64,000 bases of DNA from Magnetococcales bacterium (lineage in GTDB: Bacteria; Pseudomonadota; Magnetococcia; Magnetococcales; JADFYX01), in contig JADFZU010000005.1 in the NCBI GenBank assembly GCA_015232365.1, positions 19,683 to 83,682 on the forward strand, given 5' to 3'. The notes under the pieces were generated by a model that made no database searches, was not told the DNA's origin, and was given only the letters and a program-made list of their open reading frames with translations. Each line of letters opens with the position of its first letter. Position 1 is the first letter of the stretch. The translations under genes and the position numbers were made by a program. This document shows, one piece after another, positions 37,332 to 47,100 of this stretch.

Positions 37332-39080
37332 TTGGTGATAGCAACCAATACTACTCATGAGGTCTCTGCAACTTCGGGAATTCTTGGCAATAGGCTGGCA
37401 AAACCATCCTCTCCAAGGCTCGGCAAGGGACTCTATTTCTCAATTAGAAGCCACGCTCCTGTTTGGCGTATCTTCCGTAGCTCTATTGTCCAGGGCGAAG
37501 GGGTTATTTTAATAACTGGAGAGCAGGGAGTTGGTAAAAGCTGTTTTTTAAGCCGACTGAAGGATATTCTACCAGACAATCGGGATATGGTCCAAATCCA
37601 AGATCCCACCATGCCCGCAGATATTTTTTTACAATCTCTCATGAATGCCGTTAGGTTTGGTGATCAGGCCGAGACCGCTTTAACACCAATTGATAGTACC
37701 CACAAACAGCTATTAGAGGCTCTTGAAGAGAGGGTTGCTACCGGACGCAGATTGCTTGTTGCTATTGATCAAGCCCATATGCTGAGTGATACAAATGCTG
37801 AACTACTATCTCTACTGGTGCCTTTCTCTCACAAAGGGATGAAACCTGTACAACTTCTATTAGTTGGACGTCCTGAGTTATGGGGCTGTCTTGAGAGTGA
37901 GCCCTTCAGGTTAATCCGTAAAGAGATTATTGGCTCCGGCGAAATCACTCCACTGACGAGATCTGAAGTTCTGGATTTTATTCATTTTTTTATTAAAAAG
38001 AAATTAGGACGTAAAATTCGTGTCTCTTGGTTTGCTTGGGTTGATATTTTTGCTATTACTCAAGGTAACCCTTTTAAAATTGAGCAGATTCTTAACCAAA
38101 CTCTAGCTTTAATCAAGCTACGCCCCAGGTGGATTATTACCCGCTCTCTGGTAAAAGTTGCCCAAGAAAACCAGCCTGATATATCAATGCATCATGGTTT
38201 TTTTGGTTCTAAGGCAATTGTTTTTGCGGCTGTTTCACTAGTTGTTATCGTTGCGTTGTTTAGTGGACTGTTTGATTTTTCAGATAAAGAGCCAAACTTT
38301 ACTAGAGTTGCAATTCCCTTTACCAGCAATGAGACAGCTTCACCACCAGTTACCAATAAACCAAAAATTGTTGCAGCAGCTAAAGAAGAGGTGGAGATAG
38401 AGTCAACATCTGTTGCTGTACCAGCTATTGTTACTCCTCAGCAAACAATAAGAAAAAGCAAAAAAATTATCTGGAAACCTACACCTAGAGAGTCAACAAT
38501 TTCATCTTTTGTTCATGAACCTCCTGTTAGTAAGCCGCATAGGGTTAAAAATGTATTTAAGCCTATGGTAAAAAAACCAAAGAAAAGTATTTTATCAATA
38601 CCAGCAGTAGCTCCACTGACAAAAGGTTATTTTGTTACTCCAAAAAATCTTAGACCAATGCAGGTCGTTCCTGGAATGCCGTCTACAGCACCGCTATTGG
38701 TTGGCTCTCCTGATGATCGAATGTTTGGAAAAATTGTTGAAAAGTTTCAAAAACCAAGCTCTGCTGAGACTCTATCTGCTGCGGGCCTGCTGGAAAGCAC
38801 TCCACTGCCATTGACTACTGAAGATACATTGAGGTCGGCAGGTAAAATTTTTGTGGTGCAGATTGGCTCATTTTTAAACCGGGATAATGCTGAAAGGTTG
38901 ATGCTAGATCTTTCTAAGCAGGGGCTGGAGCCATATGTGCATCTTTTTGAGGACGGTGCAGAAAAGTGGTTTTCCGTCAGGCTGAACTACCGTGATAAAA
39001 CAGCAGCCAGAGATATGGCAGAAGGTCTTAGCAACAACATGAACATGCCCGCAAGAGTCATTGAGCTATTTTATGAATAG
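37332..39080 (+). CDS. ExeA/GspA-like AAA ATPase, one TM helix, Pro/Lys-rich linker, C-terminal SPOR domain
   Basis: Walker A ITGEQGVGKS and Walker B LLVAIDQAH. TM helix AIVFAAVSLVVIVALFSGLF. C-terminal FVVQIGSFLNRDNAERLMLDLSKQGLEPYVH....KWFSVRLNYRDKTAARDMAE is a SPOR fold signature. The start codon (TTG 37332) is uncertain. Confidence 0.7.
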   Translation: MVIATNTTHEVSATSGILGNRLAKPSSPRLGKGLYFSIRSHAPVWRIFRSSIVQGEGVILITGEQGVGKSCFLSRLKDILPDNRDMVQIQDPTMPADIFLQSLMNAVRFGDQAETALTPIDSTHKQLLEALEERVATGRRLLVAIDQAHMLSDTNAELLSLLVPFSHKGMKPVQLLLVGRPELWGCLESEPFRLIRKEIIGSGEITPLTRSEVLDFIHFFIKKKLGRKIRVSWFAWVDIFAITQGNPFKIEQILNQTLALIKLRPRWIITRSLVKVAQENQPDISMHHGFFGSKAIVFAAVSLVVIVALFSGLFDFSDKEPNFTRVAIPFTSNETASPPVTNKPKIVAAAKEEVEIESTSVAVPAIVTPQQTIRKSKKIIWKPTPRESTISSFVHEPPVSKPHRVKNVFKPMVKKPKKSILSIPAVAPLTKGYFVTPKNLRPMQVVPGMPSTAPLLVGSPDDRMFGKIVEKFQKPSSAETLSAAGLLESTPLPLTTEDTLRSAGKIFVVQIGSFLNRDNAERLMLDLSKQGLEPYVHLFEDGAEKWFSVRLNYRDKTAARDMAEGLSNNMNMPARVIELFYE

Positions 39081-39142
39081 CTTGATCATGGAATTGGTTT
39101 ATTTGCTGACCAAGTGAAAATCTAAGCCAGATTATTGTTTAA

Positions 39143-39187
39143 CTTAGATTCTGCAGTTGCTTACTCCACACTATTAATAGCAGCACG
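39143..39187. repeat. R1-family partial copy overlapping the 3' end of the DUF302 gene
   Basis: tagattctgcagttg (39145-39159) matches tagattcggcagttg (3289-3303) at 14/15 positions. attaat....gcacg follows, as in the other copies. Confidence 0.5.
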
Positions 39188-39559
39188 AATTCGTTGGTCT
39201 ACATCTGCTGCAATAGCATTGACCTCAGGATTGTCCATTAGGTGGCTTAGGATCATAGGGTCCATAGCGACAATTTCCACCTCTTTTTGTTGGTTCTCCC
39301 TTACAACAACATTACATGGAAGCAGAACGGCAATATCAGGAACTGCCGTCAACGCTTTATAGGCAATAGGAGGGTTGCAGGCTCCGAGAATAATTGTGCG
39401 AGGATAGTCAACATCAATTTTTTTTTTCAATGTTGCTGCAATATCTATCTGGGTTAAAACCCCAAAACCCTGATCTGCAAGTGCCTTTGTTATCCGTTCA
39501 ACTGTTTTGGTATAATTGCTAGAAACCTGTTTAACTATTGAATAATTAACGTTTTTCAT
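39161..39559 (-). CDS. DUF302 domain protein
   Basis: 132 aa. Pattern ...AL...GFGVLTQIDIAATLKKK......P..ILGACNP..A..AL......A.LLPCNV.V. Confidence 0.8.
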   Translation of the reverse strand: MKNVNYSIVKQVSSNYTKTVERITKALADQGFGVLTQIDIAATLKKKIDVDYPRTIILGACNPPIAYKALTAVPDIAVLLPCNVVVRENQQKEVEIVAMDPMILSHLMDNPEVNAIAADVDQRIRAAINSVE

Positions 39560-39619
39560 GGTTTTTGTGAGCTCTCTATCTGTAGGTTTTTATAAAATCA
39601 ACTGGATTTGTAATGTGAA

Positions 39620-41146
39620 TTATTTTTCCCAATCCTTAACAGGTGGTAAATGGGCTATGGTTTCGTCAAAAGATATTTTTTTACCAGAGTTTTTGTCAAA
39701 AAGTCCTATCTTGGTATTATAATCTACAATGGCCTTTGTTGTTTTGGGGCCTATGTAACCATCAATAGGTCCAGGATTAATTCCAATAGCAGTCAATCTA
39801 GCTTGAATAAGACGTATTTTTTCTTTACGTTTTTTTGGCATTATAAAACTTGGCTGATGTTTTAATACCATCTCTGCAACAAGTTTTTGCTGATATTGCA
39901 AAGCTTCTATTGCCAGTGCTGTGCCGGCCCCATTAATTTTAACCAGCATCTCTAATGCTTGTCGGTTGTTCTCTTCTGCACTTATTATGTTGCCTTTAAC
40001 ATATAGAGAGTGGGCCAGGCCGCGAATAGTTTTAGCAATTAGGTTCGAAGAGCTGTCTTTTGTTTGGAGTATTGTTAAAGCACGGTTATAAATGGAAATT
40101 GCTAGATCTGGTTGATTGTCAAGACGAAAATTATCTGCCAGCACCAAGAGAGTTGTAGCAATCTCTTGGTGGTTTGGGCTGTTTTTATATTTCTTTTCCA
40201 GTAAGGTTAAAGAGCGGCTAAGAATGGGGCGGCCCATGGCCGGTTTGCCAATAAGCTGATAATTTTTAGCCATCTGGATGAGTATAGGCACCAGGTGGGG
40301 ATGTTCAAGACCCTGAATATTTTCAGAAATAGCCAAAGCTCCCTTTAAATATTCAATTGCTTCTTCATACTTCGCATCTTTTTGGCTTGATTTAGCTAAT
40401 GATAATAGCAGCTTAATTCTAGCTAGATGAAAAGGGCCTCTGCTGCCCATATATATGTCCAAGGCACTTTTTTGTAAAACAACAGCCTGTTCGACATCTC
40501 CAGCAAGGAGTTTGATTTCAGCCTCTTCTGCCTGCAAAACTGCTTTAGCGGTTGAGTTGCTGGGAATAGAGTCAGTTAATTGTTTGCGAATTTTCTGTTT
40601 CCATAATTCGGCATCTTTACTTTTACCGGTTTCTGCAGATATTTTTACAAGATCTTCAAGAATATTTATGGTTAGAATATGTTTAGTACCAAAATTATCC
40701 TCTATTAGTTTTAAGGCCCGTTCCAACGCCTGTTTTGCACGAGTATACTCCTTCTGCTTTAGCCAAACATGGGCTAGCTGCTGGAGATGAGTGGCCAACA
40801 TTGGGTTTTTTTTGCCAAGTTTGCTCTCTTGCAGTCGAAAAGAGCGAGCCAGAAATCTCTCTTCAGCTTTAGAGTTTCCCTCTGTATGATAAAAGCTGGC
40901 AACCCGGTTTAAGCCCCATATAAATTTTAAGTTGTTCTGGGGAAGTTTGTTGCCATCATTGCTAATTTTATCAAATATCTGTTCAGCAACCATGTATTCA
41001 TCAGGGGTTGTGGCCGACCATGAAGCGTCGATAAAGGGTTGCCATGGAGAGTCGCTGGAACCTGCTCTCACGACAGAGAGTGGCACTGTAAGTATTATTA
41101 GTATAAAAACAGTGGTTAAATTTGAGGTTATAGACCTAAACAGCAA
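39620..41146 (-). CDS. Secreted TPR-repeat protein with a C-terminal peptidoglycan-binding (PG_binding_1) domain
   Basis: Signal-like N-terminus and multiple TPR-like helical repeats (A..YEEAIEYLKGAL.I...). C-terminal IQARLTAIGINPGPIDGYIGPKTTKAIVDYN. Confidence 0.7.
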   Translation of the reverse strand: MLFRSITSNLTTVFILIILTVPLSVVRAGSSDSPWQPFIDASWSATTPDEYMVAEQIFDKISNDGNKLPQNNLKFIWGLNRVASFYHTEGNSKAEERFLARSFRLQESKLGKKNPMLATHLQQLAHVWLKQKEYTRAKQALERALKLIEDNFGTKHILTINILEDLVKISAETGKSKDAELWKQKIRKQLTDSIPSNSTAKAVLQAEEAEIKLLAGDVEQAVVLQKSALDIYMGSRGPFHLARIKLLLSLAKSSQKDAKYEEAIEYLKGALAISENIQGLEHPHLVPILIQMAKNYQLIGKPAMGRPILSRSLTLLEKKYKNSPNHQEIATTLLVLADNFRLDNQPDLAISIYNRALTILQTKDSSSNLIAKTIRGLAHSLYVKGNIISAEENNRQALEMLVKINGAGTALAIEALQYQQKLVAEMVLKHQPSFIMPKKRKEKIRLIQARLTAIGINPGPIDGYIGPKTTKAIVDYNTKIGLFDKNSGKKISFDETIAHLPPVKDWEK

Positions 41147-41282
41147 AAATTATATCCTTTTTGAGAAAGATAGATTTGGAGACTACGTTTTTGTTATATC
41201 TGATCCAATTATAAAATACCTTTTACTTAATAAACCACTTTATTCACAATAAATTGGGAAACGATGGTGATAATTGATTATT

Positions 41283-41359
41283 CTAGTTTCGGCAATAGGG
41301 CATGAATCAAGAAGATGCACCATTAATGCACGCCAAATTGTCGAATCTAGGATTCTAGG
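41283..41359. repeat. Dispersed repeat family R1, copy with a 35-nt spacer
   Basis: ctagtttcggcaatag (41283-41298) ... ccattaatgcacg (41321-41333) ... caaattgtcgaatctag (41334-41350). About 28/36 identical to 3371-3406. Confidence 0.6.
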
Positions 41360-41462
41360 TAGTTTATAAACTAAGCCGCTACCGTTTAGTGTAACAAATA
41401 TTTTCCTGGATTGATTTGGGAATCATGAAATATTTAGATAAAAAGAGCAAGGCTGGAAAATT

Positions 41463-44180
41463 ATGTTGAAAAAGGCTTGGGATCTAGATCTACAAGAGGG
41501 GTGGGTGGTTTTAACCGTCAACCGCCGCCTTGCTCGCTATATTGACGGGCTTTATGAGCAACAGAAAAAGAGAGATGGGCAGATCATATGGTCTACTCCA
41601 GATATTATGCCATTTTCTGCATGGTTGGAGAAGTGTTGGTTGTCTCTTCTCGATGAGGCAATAACAGATTTTGCTCTACTTAGTGAAGAGCAGGAACGAG
41701 TTGTTTGGCAAGAGGTAGTGTCAAGTTCATCTAATAAAGGTTCGCTATTATGGACAGACAGTGCTGCCCATGGGGCGCAACAGGCGTGGAACCTTCTTGA
41801 ATCATGGCTGATTGAGTTGCCAGAGTCAGAGACTGTTGGTAATGATGATGCCAGTGCATTTTATCAATGGTCTAAGAGCTTTGAGGCGAAATGTCAGCAG
41901 GAAAAGTGGCTGCCAAAGGCGGCTATGGTTCAAATGCTGACTCTAAACCTAGATAAAATTAACAAGCCTAAAGGGGTGATTCTGGCAGGTTTTAATGAGA
42001 TTCCAGCAAATCAGAAGCAGCTATTATCCAGTTTAGAGAAGCTGGGGGTGGCTGTGGTTATCTGGCAGGAGCAAAAAATCGAACCTGATGTTGAGGTTCT
42101 CTCTTGCCATGATGTGAACGCAGAAATTATAGCTGCGGCAAATTGGGCTAGATTAGAGTTGGAAAGAGAGCTGGATCAAGGTCAGGGTTCTGAGGATGTA
42201 ACAGGTTCTTCAATTGGCATTATTGTCCCGGAGTTACAAAATCTTCGTGGGAAGATTATCCGTATATTTTCTGAGGTTTTCTATCCAGGCCGCCCACAAC
42301 AGGCTCCATTTCCCGATCAATCTATATTTAACATCTCTCTTGGTGCTCCGCTGCTTGAAACCCCTATGATTAGAGATGGTATGCTGTTGCTGGAACTATC
42401 TCGTAGCAAGTTAAGTTGGCAGGATTGGGGGGCGATATTAAACTCCCCATATTTAGCTGGTGGTGATGTGGAGTGGAGTTGCCGGGGTTTGTTGGATGCT
42501 GCTCTGCGTCGGCAAGGGGCGATGGATTTGTCTATTGCCGATATTGCTCTAAGCTCAGCTACAAACGCACCACTTTTGCACAGCAGGTTGACCGCTGTAC
42601 AAGATTTTTTAGGTAATGAGGAGTGGGGAGACGGTTTTGTCCAGACACCAGGACGGTGGGCCAACTGTTTTGATAAACTGCTCCAGATTTTAGGCTGGCC
42701 TGGAGATGGTGGTCTTAATAGCCAAGAGTTTCAATGTGTTGAGTCATGGAAAAAGGTTCTTGGGGTGTTTGCCTCTCTAGAGATGGTGTTACCAGAAATT
42801 GATCTTGATATTGCTCTGTCAGAGCTAAAAGAGCTTGTGGGAACAGCCATATTTCAACCTGTTGAGGCTGAAGCCAAGGTACAAATTCTTGGAGTGTTGG
42901 AGGCAGAGGGTGAAATTTTTGACTCTTTATGGCTATTGGGTCTGACTGACAAGGTGTGGCCTAAAATTCCTGAACCTAACCCATTTATCCCTGTTGCCTT
43001 TCAAAGAAAACATGATCTACCCAGATCATCAAGTCAGCGTGAGTTAAGGTATGCAAAACAGTTGACCAATCGGATTCTAACTTCCTCTAACAAAGTTATC
43101 GTAAGTTATCATGAGTGGGAAGGAGAGATGCAGCAAAAGAAGAGTCCTTTAATTAGCTCAATTAAGCAAGTTGATATTAAAGATATTTTAAAGAAAACTT
43201 ATCCAACATTGGCCGATGTCATTCTCGCACAGCCGGGAATGAGTTTTCAGGAAGAACAGCCACTTCCTGTATTTTTAAATGATGAACCAATAACTGGCGG
43301 AACATCCGTTATCAAAAGTCAGGCACAGTGCCCATTTTCCGCTTTTGCCAAATTTCGCCTTAATGCCCACCCACTAGAAGAGCCCCAGCAAGGTTTTAAT
43401 GCCGGAGAGCGGGGCGAAATTACCCATGCCAGTCTCGCCTCTTTCTGGGGAGAGGTTGGCAGTTCCGCTAACCTTAATTTGATGAGCTATCAACAGCGAG
43501 ACAGCTTAATCTTTAAGGTGACAAGCAGAGCGGTTAAGGCTCAATCATTAAAAAGTGGTAATTCAATATCCAAACCATATCTTCAATTAGAGATAAAACG
43601 GCAAAAAAGACTGCTATTAACCTGGTTAGGGGTTGAAGAGAGGCGGGAAGCCCCGTTTAACGTTGTAGAGAGAGAGTCTGAAGGCTCTATAAAGCTCGGA
43701 GGAGTTGTTATCAATTTTCGTATTGACAGGGTTGATAGCCTGGATTCTGGTGAGTTGGTGGTGGTTGACTATAAAACCGGGGCAGCAAATGTTAGTAGTT
43801 GGTTCTCTGAACGCCCTCATGAGCCACAGATGCTCTTATATGCCATGGCCAATGCTGATAAGCTGGCGGCTCTGGTTTATGGGCAGCTAGCTACTGGTAA
43901 ACTGCGCTATATGGGGCTGGCCCATACAGATGGTATCATACCGGCCTTAGACCTCCTTGAAGATGGTAAATACACCCCTGATCACATGGACTGGCAGAGC
44001 CTTATTGCCGACTGGTCAACGGTTGTTGGGCAGTTAGCTGAACAGTATCGCCTGGGGGAGCATGCTGTTGACCCCCTTGAAAAAGCGTGTGAATGGTGCG
44101 ACCTACCAGTGTTGTGCCGGGTTGCTGCAAAAAACTACTCCCAACCAGCAGATCTTGATTTAGATGAGGGGGTGTCATGA
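41463..44180 (+). CDS. AddB-like PD-(D/E)XK nuclease subunit with putative Fe-S cysteines
   Basis: No intact Walker A. C-terminal nuclease motif IDRVD....GELVVVDYKTG. Cys pattern AQCPF...(long)...CEWCDLPVLC resembles the AddB iron-staple. The stop overlaps the start of the helicase gene (4 nt). Confidence 0.7.
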   Translation: MLKKAWDLDLQEGWVVLTVNRRLARYIDGLYEQQKKRDGQIIWSTPDIMPFSAWLEKCWLSLLDEAITDFALLSEEQERVVWQEVVSSSSNKGSLLWTDSAAHGAQQAWNLLESWLIELPESETVGNDDASAFYQWSKSFEAKCQQEKWLPKAAMVQMLTLNLDKINKPKGVILAGFNEIPANQKQLLSSLEKLGVAVVIWQEQKIEPDVEVLSCHDVNAEIIAAANWARLELERELDQGQGSEDVTGSSIGIIVPELQNLRGKIIRIFSEVFYPGRPQQAPFPDQSIFNISLGAPLLETPMIRDGMLLLELSRSKLSWQDWGAILNSPYLAGGDVEWSCRGLLDAALRRQGAMDLSIADIALSSATNAPLLHSRLTAVQDFLGNEEWGDGFVQTPGRWANCFDKLLQILGWPGDGGLNSQEFQCVESWKKVLGVFASLEMVLPEIDLDIALSELKELVGTAIFQPVEAEAKVQILGVLEAEGEIFDSLWLLGLTDKVWPKIPEPNPFIPVAFQRKHDLPRSSSQRELRYAKQLTNRILTSSNKVIVSYHEWEGEMQQKKSPLISSIKQVDIKDILKKTYPTLADVILAQPGMSFQEEQPLPVFLNDEPITGGTSVIKSQAQCPFSAFAKFRLNAHPLEEPQQGFNAGERGEITHASLASFWGEVGSSANLNLMSYQQRDSLIFKVTSRAVKAQSLKSGNSISKPYLQLEIKRQKRLLLTWLGVEERREAPFNVVERESEGSIKLGGVVINFRIDRVDSLDSGELVVVDYKTGAANVSSWFSERPHEPQMLLYAMANADKLAALVYGQLATGKLRYMGLAHTDGIIPALDLLEDGKYTPDHMDWQSLIADWSTVVGQLAEQYRLGEHAVDPLEKACEWCDLPVLCRVAAKNYSQPADLDLDEGVS

Positions 44181-47100
44181 GCATAGTTCTATCTGATGGT
44201 TCTGCCCGTAGCCAGGCTTTAGACCCTGCAAGATCTTTTATTGTTCAAGCTCCAGCTGGGTCTGGAAAAACCGGATTGTTAAGTTTACGTTTTTTAAAGC
44301 TACTGGCTCAGGTTGAGCAACCGGAGCAGGTGGTAGCTATCACCTTTACCAAAAAAGCTGCCGCTGAGATGAAAAGCCGTATTTTAGAAGCGATTGTTTT
44401 GGCAGGTGATGCTGTACCAACTGTCGACTTTCAAAAGCAGGCATGGGACTTGGCTAAGGAGGTTGTTAAGCGGGACCGTCAGTTGGAGTGGGGTTTGATT
44501 GACAACCCTGGACGTTTGCGTATTCTCACCATCGACTCTCTATGTTCTACCATCTCCAGACAGATGCCGGTCCTCTCTAGGTTGGGGGGGGCGCCGGATA
44601 TTGTTGAAGATTCCCAACCACTATTTTTGGAGGCGGCACGGACCACCATCAACCATATTGACGGGGATGGAGAGTTAGGGAAAGCGGTGGAGGTTTTACT
44701 GGACCATCTTGATAATAACCTAAACCGTGTTGAGACTCTGTTAGGGGCTATGTTATCCCGTCGGGAGCAGTGGTTGCGGCATGTTACCGGGCGGAGAGGG
44801 GTTGAGGTTCGCAAACTATTAGAAGAGAGCTTGGAGAAGATAGTTTTTGCCGAAGTACGACGGGTTAAAAGCTTGATTCCCAATGATTTGTTCGAAGAAA
44901 TTATTCTAGTAGCAAGAGAGGCAGGACGACAGTTGCAAGCTAGTGGTGTCTCTACAGGAGAGCTGGCTAAATGGGCTGATATAGAGGAGATAGCCAAGGA
45001 TGAAAAATCTGCTCTTCCGGCTTTAATCGGTTTAGGGGAACTGTTGTTGACCAACTCTGGTAGCTGGCGGAAAACTTTTACTTATAAAACCGGTTTTCCA
45101 GCCCCAAGTAATGGGCGTAACCCTCAAGAGAAAGCTGCTCTTAAAAAATCTAAAGCCCGTGCTGGTGACTTGGTTGTAAAGTTATCACGCCATGATCTGT
45201 TCCGGCTAGCTCTTCACGGAACCAGAGCACTCCCTCCTATACGCTACAACAATGGGCAGTGGGCTATTCTATCTGCACTGCTGAACCTGCTGCCGGTCTG
45301 TGCTGCCCATCTTAAAGTGCTCTTTTCTGAAAATAGAGTGGTTGATTTTTCCGAGGTATCACAGAGTGCTCTTTATGCTCTTGGAGAGAGTGACCGGCCT
45401 ACCGATTTGGCTCTGAAACTTGATTATCAGATCTCTCATCTACTGGTTGATGAGTTTCAAGACACTTCACGAAGCCAATATGAGTTGATCAAAAGATTGG
45501 TTGCCGGGTGGGGTGAGGAGAGTGGTAACACCCTGTTTTTAGTAGGAGATCCCATGCAGTCCATATACCGTTTTCGTGAGGCTGAGGTAGGACTGTTTCT
45601 CCAGGCAAGGATGGCTGGCATTCCGCCAGTTAAACTTACCCCTCTCAGCTTGAAGGTCAACTTTCGTTCAAAAGCAGGGATAGTTAACTGGGTCAACAGT
45701 GCCATGGGGGACATTTTCCCTATTGAGGAGCATATATCTGTTGGTGCAGTTCCCTACAGTGATTCAGTCTCTTTTCACCCTGTAGGCAGTGAGCAGGCTG
45801 TAAGTGTTCACCCTATGCCGCCGAAAGATGTACTGGCTGAAGCCGGACAGGTGGCAGCTATAACTGCTAAAGCTCGCCAAGAGGGGTTTAGTGTGGCGGT
45901 TTTGGTTCGATCCAGAAACCATCTAGCCCATATTCTTCCGGCTTTTGAGGATGCAGGACTCCGTTATCAAGCGGTAGAGTTACACCCCTTGGCGGGGCGA
46001 CCGATGATTCAGGATCTGCTGGCTTTAACCAGAGCGTTGAACCATCCAGCCGATAGAATAGCCTGGCTTGCCATCTTGCGTGCTCCATGGTGTGGTCTCT
46101 CAGTGGCTGACATTTACCAACTGGTTGCAGCTAGTGACCATAAAAAAGTTACTGTTTGGCAGATAGTTGCGGATGATGATCTACCACTTAAATTGTCGTT
46201 ACATGGTCGACAAAGGTTGTTACGTTTTAAAGAGGTTATGGGGGCTACTTTAAAAAGTAGGGGCCGGGGGGACCATTTTCCTGGTGCTGGAGAGTGGCGA
46301 CGCTGGGTTGAGGGTTGCTGGCTTGCTTTAGGTGGTCCGGCAACTCTGGCTAAAGATGCTGAACTTCTTGATGCTGAAACATTTTTTGATCTTGTTGAGA
46401 CTGTTGAAGGGAGTGCTGGCAGGTTAAACTTACTCCTACTAAATAAAAAATTAGAAAAACTTTATGCTGCAACTGACCCACATGCCGACCCAGACTTAAC
46501 AGTTATGACTCTGCATAAAGCCAAAGGGTTGGAGTTTGATGTGGTTATTCTTCCCGGTTTGGATCGCCGGACAAGAGGGGAAGAGCGAAGGTTGCTGACA
46601 TGGCTGGATGGCTCTTTGGATGACAGCTCAGAGGCAACTCCACTGCTGGCCCCCATAGGTAGAAGTGACCAGGAGGCTGAGGATGAAATTCAAGCCTATA
46701 TTAGAAATATTGAAAAGCAAAAAAGTAGTTATGAAACAGCACGTTTGCTCTATGTTGCAGTGACCAGGGCTAAACAGCAGCTCCATCTTCTGGCTGGTAC
46801 GGTTGAAGAGGGTAAAAAACCACAAGCAAACTCATTTTTAGCCACCCTGTGGCCGGTTCTTAATGAGCCGTTTACCAAAAACCAGGAAAGCTCTGAAGAG
46901 GCCGGGCCTGGCTGGGCAGAGTTGACTGTTATGCCGGATAGAGCCTTGCCAGCCGGGTGGCAAATGCCAGAACTGCCGGATATGGTGGTAAACCAAGGAG
47001 TTGTTACACAAGCTGAGATCTCAACTGAAGAGCCGGTTCTGTTTGATTGGGCAGGTGATACGGCCCGGCTGCTAGGTTTGGTAGTCCACCGTTATTTAAG

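Noticed and set aside
44479-45054. 191-aa antisense ORF inside the AddA-like gene, and similar antisense ORFs inside glnA, pepN, the FAD oxidoreductase and others in the ORF track
   Set aside because: All are fully nested opposite strongly supported genes and lack motifs. They are typical shadow ORFs.
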